Below, one piece after another: positions 54,816-64,000 of a stretch of DNA of 64,000 nt. Source of the DNA: Epiperipatus broadwayi (Eukaryota; Animalia; Onychophora); the NCBI GenBank assembly GCA_028023455.1, contig JAQFVV010000002.1, forward strand, positions 27,652,001-27,716,000, given 5' to 3'. Every line of letters begins with the position of its first letter. Within the stretch, counting starts at the first letter, position 1. The notes under the pieces are model-generated. The model was not told the origin of the DNA and ran no database searches. It worked only from the letters and a program-made list of their open reading frames with translations. The position numbers and the translations under genes were made by a program.

Positions 54816-55007
54816 ATACCATTTACAACTTTCTTAAACACTTTATCAATACTCTATTTATATCAAAACTAGGTTTCAACTGTTCTGCAGTCATAATCAG
54901 AAATAGAATTAACAAGAGCTCTGGTGATGACTGCAGGACAGTTGAAATTTAGTTTTGATATAAATAAAGAGTATTGATAAAGTGTTTAAGAAAGTTGTAA
55001 AGGGTAT
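54816..55007. repeat. Fold-back with ~86-bp arms and an 18-nt loop; HHR-like core at the centre of each arm
   Basis: Arms 54816-54901 and 54920-55007 match at over 90%. Cores are CUGGUGA UGACUG-CAGGA-CAGUU GAAA (+) and CUGAUUA UGACUG-CAGAA-CAGUU GAAA (-). Confidence 0.8.
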
Positions 55008-56051
55008 ATGTTAAAATAGAAATCAATATATAGGAAAAGGAAGAAAATTATATTATTATATATGTGTATGTTATTCATTTGCTTTATAAAGTTTATTCAG
55101 TTTTAATGTCAAGGTACTCAATATTAAATAAAAAATGTTATTCAACTCCTACCAACTTGAAAAAATTAGTTGGGAAAATTTAAAAAGCCCATTTAATTTT
55201 ATTCAGATGACAGAAGTTGTCTAACTATATTATAGAGCTGGATAAAGATATTTTCAGTAAATAAGATTTATTATTACATCTTTTTTTTTAAAAAAAAAAC
55301 ACAATTGCTTGCAGAGTTGCATAGATATACATGTATGCAAATTCTATTTCATTATATATAAAAAACAAACAATTATTTGTTTGAATAATAATTTAGAACA
55401 AACTTTTATTCATGCATTCCTTTTAGTATCTTATCTGATTAATAGATTTAGTTATAGATATTTTTAGAAACAAATTATCAATATTTATAGAAAAACATTT
55501 TTATTTAACTTCATTTAAAAATTTAAATACTTTATTTTATGAAACAGTAAATTAAAACAATAATAATTAAATGCTATTTATTATTTACTCTCTGTTAAAT
55601 ATCCCAAGTTATCTATAAGCTGGAAACATATATTAATGAGATATCTAACAATGTTCACACAGTAAACTTTATTTGAACATGCCCTTAGAAAAGAATATAC
55701 CTATATATAATACATTTAACAATTACATTTTTTCTAAAAAAATTAGAATCATATATATAAATCCTACATGTTCATCATTATTTTTATCCCATCTACATAT
55801 TTGATTTTATTGTCATCAATGATTTTTTGATCAACAATAGATTCATAAATCAATATACTAATATTGAATGAAAATTTTTCAACTCAAGTATCAAAATAAA
55901 AATAGTCATAAATATGAAAAAATTTCTGCCAATTTCTCAAAAGCTTTAATCTTACATAAAAGAAAAATATACATAAACCACATTGTATAGTTCAAATTAA
56001 AAAATATAGTCATACTACATGCCATTTAAACCCCAAAATGAATATCCAATG

Positions 56052-56478
56052 AATCATCATCATCAACCATTATCAATCCACTGCAGAATAAATGTATCTC
56101 CAAGTTTAATCCAACTTCTCTGATCTTTAGTTTCTCTTCTTCACAACACCCTGCACACTTTCTTATTTCATCCATCCATCTCACATGTGATCTCCTTCTG
56201 GGTCTTTTACAATCTCTTGGAATCCAGTTTAAAATTTCAATTGTCCATCTATTATCATCTCTTCTAGCAATATGTCCAGCCCAACTCCACTTCAATCTTT
56301 TAATTTTTTCAATGAGGTCAGTAACACCTTTTTGTTCTCTTACCCGTACATTGCGTTTTTGATCTCTTCTTGTTACTCCATACATACATCTCTTCATACT
56401 TCTTTGAGTGGTCTGAAGTCTCTATATTGCTCTTCTATTAAGTGTCCAAGTCTCAAATCCACAAGTAAGAACTGGTAT
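56052..56478 (-). mobile_element. 5'-truncated RTE 3' end, same family as 32594-33020
   Basis: ORF has LKWSWAGHIARRDDNRWT..WIPRDCKRPRRR..RWMDEIRK, and a (GAT)n tail. Clearly homologous to 32594-33020. Confidence 0.9.
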
Positions 56479-57773
56479 ATCAGCTAAATATATTTAGAAA
56501 AAAGATCCTTTAAGTAACTTCATCTGGGAAAAACAATTAGTAATGCTGATTTTGCTTCAAAAAGATAGACTATTGGTGTATGAATAGATAATAAAAAAAA
56601 TCCAGTTAATTATAGCTGTTGTATCTCATTATATTTATTGATATATATATATATTTTAAAAATAATGCAAATATTATTTTCCCTTTCCCCTCCATTTTAT
56701 TTTTCAAGAAAAATTTTATTGCATAACTTATCCTTCTTTTTTCATCTATCTCCAATTCACTTACTCAAAAATCTCAAACACAATAGCTTCATATAAAAGT
56801 ACACCACCTATTTTAAAATCTATTAAATCTTTTCTTCCCCAATAAATTTATACTGAGATGAAATGCAATATTCTCAAATCATTTTTCCATAAAGTTCTAT
56901 GTAACTCAACTAGAATTACATCAATTTCTAAGTGCTTTGCTATTTTTCATCTCATTTAAAACTTTTGCAACCATTTCTTTCTTTATTTTCAGATCTATGA
57001 GAATTTCTTCTTCAATTAACATAGATGAAGAAATAAAGATTATTTCTATTGCATAAATCATATATATTCTTTTTATTTATAGTATATCTACTTTATTAAT
57101 AATTTACTATTGCTTGCTTTTTTTCAATCATATTGTTTAACTGTGTTAAATTAGATACCATTACCTCTTTCCAAATTACTTTACACACTTTAAAGTTATT
57201 ATGTGAATAACAAGACAGATTTTTAATCAAACTCATTTTTTTTTTTTGCTTTTTATCTCAATTGTAATTCCTAACTGATCATATCCTAATTGAGAATCTT
57301 CCATTTCTTCAAAATAAATATTTCTCATGTTTTATTATTCTCATTAATTATGAATATTTTAGATTTTCCCTTGCTGAATTTAATTTTGATATTTTTTCTT
57401 ATCTCTGCATACTTTGACAATAATAATTCCATATTTTTTACACTATTTGCAAAACAAAAGCCATATCTTTCACACACATAAAAAAAAAAAAACAATTATA
57501 TACTATATTCTAGTTTCAACTTTGGAAATTCCTATCTCTATTCCCAATCTTTCAAGTTCAACTTCCAATTCTCTTAAAAACATAAAGATGACAAAAAATA
57601 GCTGTTTCAAACCACTAAACATCACATAATCACCATTTCTTATGCTTGCTCATAACTTATTAAAATAGGCAAAACTCTCCATACAGCAGTGCCACTCAGT
57701 GCAAGCCAGAGAAATCCATAGATGCCAGAAGACTTGTGCATAAAATACCTATCTAGTGCCTACTCATCCAATA

Positions 57774-57815
57774 TCCCCAGACTAGTTTCTAGCTTGTGGC
57801 TTTCATCAGTGAGGA
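57774..57815 (-). ncRNA. Family A type I hammerhead motif, best-preserved copy
   Basis: UCCUCA CUGAUGA A-AGC-CACAA-GCU-A GAAA CUAG UC^UGGGGA: 6-bp stem I, palindromic ACUAGU stem III, GUC triplet. Confidence 0.75.
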
Positions 57816-57856
57816 GCTTTGGATCTGAGTTGTTCTCTTGCTCTCAGATCCAAGGC

Positions 57857-57897
57857 TCCTCACTGATGAAAGCCACAAGCTAGAACTAGTCTGGGGA
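57857..57897 (+). ncRNA. Family A hammerhead motif lacking one A of GAAAC
   Basis: UCCUCA CUGAUGA AAGCCACAAGCUA GAA CUAG UC UGGGGA. Confidence 0.55.
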
Positions 57898-58460
57898 TAT
57901 TGGATGAATAGGCACTAGATAGGGATTTTATGCACAAGCCTTCTGGATCTATTGATTACTCCGTGACCCTACTGTATGAAGAGGTCTGCCTATCTGTTTC
58001 AATCAGATTTCAACATTTACCTTCCAATGATTTTATACTCTCTAATTGATATTTATAAAAATTTCTCTTGTAATGACCCTAAATCATTCTTAACAACTCC
58101 AAGTCTATTCCCATATTTTCCATAATCTATTCCTTTCTACTCTTATTACAAGTCTTTTCTAATTAATTAATTCCATAATCTATTCCTTTCTACTCTTATT
58201 ACAAGTCTTTTCTAATCTAAAATTGTAATAAGTAATGATTTTCCATGTAAAGCATTTCTATCATTGAATAACATAGATTCAATTATCTTCTATTATTTCT
58301 CAGAAGAAAATTCATTCTGAATCTGATTCAGGATTTTGTTTTTCTTATCAAGCCCATATCCTATTCATTAATATATAAATAAATATTTTATAAACTGAAA
58401 ATTTTTGCTATTAGTCAGTCTATAGCTACTGAATGACCTATTATCTTTTTATATATATAT

Positions 58461-60380
58461 TGTAATGGGCACACACGCCGTTACATTATTTTTTCCAAAA
58501 AAAATTAGACATTAAAAGTTCACAAATAAAAACTTTTTTTAAGAATTAAAAATTAAACATTATCTAAACTCATATATATATAAAATCTCACAGATGAAAA
58601 ATTATTAAAAGAAAACTTTATTAAAAAATAAAAAAGTTTTAAAATTAAATTTTCAACAAAAACTTAAAAAAGATTTAAAGAACGTACAAATTTAATTAAT
58701 ACTATTGTGTAAAATGGAAATGATTATTTTAATTAGTTAAAAGTAAACTAGCCTTTGGGCATCTCAAAATGTATCATCGTCATGGCGTAATGTCCACTGG
58801 ATCCGAAAGTTTACAATAAAAGATAATTAGATGTGAAAGCAGAGGTGTGTGCTATATGCGTTAGTGCGGAGAGTGTTGAAGGAGAAGGAATTGAAAAGAT
58901 GCACTTTTCAATGCCTTCAGTTTTGCTAAAAAAAAAAAAAAAAAGGAAAGAAATGACCGATTGTTTTCCTATACTGCGGACCACAGGATATTGGGGGAAT
59001 TAACACTGGATCCCAAATTGCAAGCAACTGTAAAGGATTAAATTTTCTAAAACAGTAAAAACTATATAACTAATGAACATTTTCAAAACAGTAAGAACTT
59101 TAATTCCAAAACCTTTTCAGTATTTAATAGAAATAGAATCCTATTTGACCAACGTAAAAAAAAGGAAAGAAATGACCGATCGTTTTCCTATATTGCGGAC
59201 CACAGGATATTGGGGGAATTAACGCTGGATCCCAAATTGCAAGCAACTGTAAAGGATTAAATTTTCTAAAACAGTAAAAACTATATAACTAATGAACATT
59301 TTCAAAACAGTAAGAACTTTAATTCCAAAACTTTTTCAGTATTTAATAGAAATAGAATCCTATCTGACCAACGTAAATTATTATTAATAACTAATTTTAT
59401 TTGATGTATTTTTTTAAAGTCATTTCCATTAAGTTATTTGTTTGTTTCTTTTAAGTTTTATTATGATTTTTTTTTTTTGTTAAACAACTTTTAATAAATG
59501 TTAAATTTAAGTCGGGTGTGAATGGCTGCATAGATTCGTAAAGTTATGTTAGTTTAAGGGAGGGTAAATCTTAGGTTATTTGTTTCATAGTTAAATTGGG
59601 TTAATCGATTGAATATATTGGTGTAATTAGTAAATGTAGTATGAAGGTCCGCTACATGCAGGATCACATGATACACTGCACTTGGGCAAAATAAGGCTCA
59701 TTTCGTACTGAGCATCGGAGACAGACGGTATTCTCTGCTCCGTGGATCACCCCCTTTGCCTACTGAATGGGATAAGTCGGCAAAAAGAACCGCAATCCCT
59801 TCCTATGGAGTTTTTTTTTATTGTTCTCGCCAGACAGATGTAACAGTATGGTATTGTGTCGTATTCATGCTGCATTGAATACATCGATGTATCAGATGGA
59901 TTGACATTAGTTTGACTGAGAACTTTTGGCCTAAGGTAAAATGAGGGATAGAATATTTTCTTTTCAAATGCAATCTACGTAGTCTATTCATACTCGACAC
60001 TCTAATAAATATTAAATTCATCTGTGCGAACTTCTTAAATAAAAAGTTAAATTGTAAATTAAAATCCAAAGTAAATGTTTTACTAAAATAATTCTAAACT
60101 TTATATATGTTTAATAAATGTTTGTGTTTGTTATTACTCGCAGTGGCTTATTTTAGTTTTTAATATTGAAAATATTTTTAAACAAGAATTTATATTTTAT
60201 AAATCTCTGCATCCCACTGAGTTAGTGGCATGGGCTGACGGTCGGAATAAAACATATATGTAAAATTAAGATCTTATCAGCGCATATCTGCCTACTATAT
60301 AAATTTTCCAGGTTCAAATAGTCTGGTGGCGCCCTGTAGCGCAGATACAGTAAGACTTTAACATCTCCCCGATCGTTATA
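58461..60380. mobile_element. Unclassified GC-richer insertion, possibly a solo LTR, inserted in (AT)n
   Basis: Termini TGTAAT... and ...CGTTATA, each next to ATATATAT. It separates the endonuclease and RT halves of a decayed LINE. Confidence 0.3.
58938..59377. repeat. Recent tandem duplication, 219-bp unit
   Basis: ggaaagaaatgaccgat at 58945 and 59164; five substitutions counted. Confidence 0.92.
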
Positions 60381-60399
60381 ATATATATAAATAATAATA

Positions 60400-62260
60400 A
60401 AATGCTAAAACTCATTCTTTTGGAATCTTGTTATCTATAGCTACTTTTATTATAGTTTTCTTTAAAAGTAACCCTTGCATATTTTCCTATATCTGTAAAC
60501 ATTTTAGCCTCCATATCATTTAAGCCCTTGCATTTCCTTTTTTTTATATTTTATAAAAACAATATTGTTCTGTTTGATTTTGAATTCTTCACTCTATCTG
60601 TCTTCTCGTGAATTTAGTACTAAAGAATCATATTTATTATCTTTCCATGACCCAATTTATTAAAAACTTATTCGATTATTTTTTCATTTTTTTTCCGTTA
60701 TTACATCCTATTCTCTTTGCATTTAATAAATGCAGCAGTTTATTTCCTATTTCTCTTTTCCATATATTTTCAAAAACTTTTTTCACAATCCTTCCTTCTC
60801 CTTTACTTTTATTAACAAGTTCACACTACTTTCCATTTAATTTTAGCTACTTTTTTTTTCTTAAATAGCAATTCTATCTATTTTTTTACATCTTTCTCGT
60901 TTGCTTTGTAATCATTTTTTTAACTTTCCTAAATGTATGTTTCATATTAATACTATTAGTTGTAAATAAACTTATTTGCAACATTCTTCATCTTATCATT
61001 CCACTTTTCAGAAGTTCAAATTCATCTTCTTCATCATTCTTTCAATGATATTACTAAATTTTTTAAATTTGAATTTGACTCTTATTTACTATTCATTCTT
61101 ATCAATGCTCTGAATTTAAGCTTTCACATCCTATTCTATAAACATAAAACTATCATTTGCTTCTTCTCCAAACATTTTAATTTTTTCCATTTTTCTGAGT
61201 TCCTCTATTATTCATCAAAATATAATCAAAAATATATTTCAAATTCTATCTTGACTAAATTCTCCATGTTTGTCAGATTTCCAATTTTCATTCTTTATGT
61301 TCCATTCATATATTTTACTCCATCAATTTCATTAAAATGATTGTTCATATCATATATTGATATTTCACTTTTTTTTTAAAAAAAATTGATCAATTCCCTA
61401 TGCAAATATTCTCATTCTCATTTATATTGTCCTATTTCCAATATACTATCCCATAAATTCAATTCTCTCTATTCAACTTTAATTTAACCCACTTATTTTC
61501 TGGACAATTTCTTTTTAAGACATCTTTGTAAGTTCTATACTTTTTCTATCTTTCTTATTTACATCATATCTATTTATTCCTTTCCATTCATATTTTTGTG
61601 AATGTAATACTTCTTTGTCTCTCAAATATATCTCCATTATTGGGAACACATCTAAATTTCTACTCTTCCTCCTTAGTTTAATGGTTAATAAAATTTATTT
61701 TAAATGTAATTTATGAGTTTTAAACAAATATCTTTTTTACTAATAAATATAACACTTCTGTTTAACAAACTCATGCCTCTATTTTCATAGATATTTAAAC
61801 TGATTTAGCTTCACAGATCTTATATTTGCAACACAATTAAATCTCAGCAATAACATTACTACTACTACTACTTGTCTGTTCACTTTCTTTTTCAATATAA
61901 TCATCTCATCAAAGTATTTAATATTTTTTCATTGACTTTTTATATAATATCCTTTATTTCCACTAACATTATGATAGTATTTTTATTAGTCTAATAATAT
62001 TTAAAGAACAAGCATCTGAGAAACATTCTTACATTCTTTCCTGTTTTTTTTCTTGATATTAAATTCCCATCATTTCAAATCAATGATCCACCAATTACTA
62101 ATTTTTCATTGTGTTTTCTTTCTACATATCCTCTCCCTTTTTAATATTTGTCTTTATGACCTATAACTTTTTTCCAGTAAATAAACCTCAATACAAATTC
62201 ATTATTTTAAGAATTATCTTTCCCACCATTTATATCTTCATCAATATATGATGGTCATAC
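60400..62260 (-). mobile_element. Very decayed LINE endonuclease/linker region
   Basis: Purine-rich minus strand with FDYILMNNRG and KIMNL motifs typical of an APE domain. Probably the 5' half of the 56600-58440 element. Confidence 0.45.
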
Positions 62261-64000
62261 AAAAAAACTGAAGTCCGTCACATACTTTAATATCACTATT
62301 TGCAAATAATTCCGGAGTTCAATCACCAAGAGTTTTGCTATCACAATCCAAGAATAAAAAACTTACCAAAAAGTCACTTCCAAAAGATCATTACAACTGC
62401 AAGGACCAATGTACTTCCTGGATGTGCAATGTGTTGTAGATTCCAAATGTTTCCTGAGATTACATATATGACATAGCATATGCTTGTTGAGAATACTCTT
62501 AAAGTATAAAAGGTAAAATTACCGAGATAATTCTCAACTTTACAGTGAGCAAAACCTTCAAAATGTTGGTATCTTCAAACGAAAGTTAAAATATCAAAAT
62601 TAAACAATTGATTCACTCTTTCTACTTAGACATGTATCATTTATTTAGAATCAAAATGCTGCATTAGCAAGTACAAGCTCGAAATGTCATTTAAAAAAAA
62701 AAAAAAAAGTAGCTAAAAAATTTATTATAATAACAGCAATATAAAACAATGACTTTTCCCAATTTTTTTTTTTATAAAGTTATGCTATCTGAAATATTTT
62801 TTTCACTACATCTTTATTCTTGATTATAGGATTCAGTTTCTTAACTTTTCCTAATAATAGTGGAGATACTACATTTACATACTTATCCCAAATGGTAAAT
62901 AGAAGTTATCCACATCAATCTAATACTGAATAAATTTTTGAGTATCATTAAGTTTCACTTACTACAGTAATACTTATCGAAAGAAAATTTTTCAGGTAAT
63001 TTATTTTCTTGCCCCTTTTCTTACATGATAGTTATGGATATAATGATAGTAAATTTAAAAACTATTACAATTCTAATTTTCTTTGGTTATTAATTATTTA
63101 AAAAATATTAACATTAGAGCAAATATAATTTTATCAACAAATTATGGTATATTTTAAAAATAAATATAAAAACATTTCAGAAAAAAAGAAGTATTTCATT
63201 TGTATATTGGATATTTTTGAAACTTTTTGTATAATTGAATATTTCAATATATATAACATCTAGTTATCATTATAATGAAATAGAAATAATAAAATACTTA
63301 AAAAAAAGTATATATTAATTGCAACTGAAGAGTTGGTAAAATGATAAAAGATAATGGGTTATGATAAGGTAAAAGAAGTTAAAGATTTATGGGTATTTGT
63401 AAAGAAAAAAGTACGGTATTTTTGTTGCCAAGTATAAAATATATGTCTGGAAAAGTTCCCAAGATAAGAATAATTTCAATTAGCACTTATTTTAATTCAC
63501 AACAGATTTAAATACAATTCTTACTTGAAACTGATATAGATTTGAATCATAATTTAAGATGATAGAATTGATATCTTTAAAAGAAAGTTCAAATATGTCA
63601 CTTTCCAATTACACAAGTCAGAACAGCCAAATCATCAAAGCATCTTTCTACCAGTCAATGTTTGGGTAATGTTATAATTTGAATGTACCTAATAAAAAAT
63701 GCTAAAGATTTCTTTAAGAAACAAAGACATTTTTATTCTATTTTATTTTTATAATGCATGATTCTGATACTGAAGACTTCTTTAAGAGACAATACTTGGA
63801 ACATTTTGATCATAATACAGAACAATTTTATTTTTTAGATTTGAGTAATGATTCCATATTTCACTTTCGCATTTGCTAAAATAATTATAATAGTTTGCTT
63901 CGATAAAAAAAAAAATAATTTTTTTTTTCTTATTTATTTTTAGAATTCTTTTCTTGTTTTTCTTAATTTCTATTTTAATATTTAAAATAAAATATATATA

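Larger units (their letters stand above)
57611..57993. mobile_element. Family A palindromic locus with an HHR on each arm
   Basis: Arms 57667-57829 and 57843-57991 around a 13-nt loop, with the full terminus at 57611. Direct repeat ctgtttcaa at 57602-57610 and 57994-58002. Confidence 0.9.
56600..58440 (-). mobile_element. Very decayed LINE RT region, interrupted by the family A insertion
   Basis: ILMNRI..QIQNEF..EDN.IYVI..ILDLEK resembles RT domains 2-3. A ~56-bp local duplication lies at ~58110-58220. Confidence 0.5.

Noticed and set aside
1094-60868. Most short ORFs in the supplied track
   Set aside because: They are low-complexity F/L/I/K-rich translations of AT-rich intron, or antisense frames of LINEs. 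Only the LINE and Penelope fragments carry recognisable motifs.
30665-64000. Striatin exon 1 (GILHFIQHEW-type caveolin-binding segment)
   Set aside because: No matching sequence was found; it probably lies beyond the window end.

Overview
Very AT-rich animal (probably invertebrate) genomic DNA. It lies in the 5' part of a minus-strand striatin-family gene: three short, in-phase coding exons sit at 30664-30561, 16866-16784 and 6339-6258, separated by 10-14 kb introns. Exon 1 and the later exons were not found in the window. The introns contain decayed RTE and other LINEs, a Buster-type hAT transposase remnant, several non-autonomous TIR elements and fold-back repeats. The main unexplained signal is a set of short non-coding elements carrying type I hammerhead ribozyme (HHR) motifs, usually as head-to-head palindromes. 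Family A has a ~450-bp unit at five loci; four are palindromic and flanked by 9-15 bp direct repeats. Family B has four HHR copies, two with canonical cores. There is also a possible third family and a Penelope GIY-YIG remnant followed by a decayed HHR. Together these look like non-autonomous Penelope-like or retrozyme elements inside a host pre-mRNA. Everything was read by eye: no alignment, folding or database search was run, and decayed-element boundaries are approximate.
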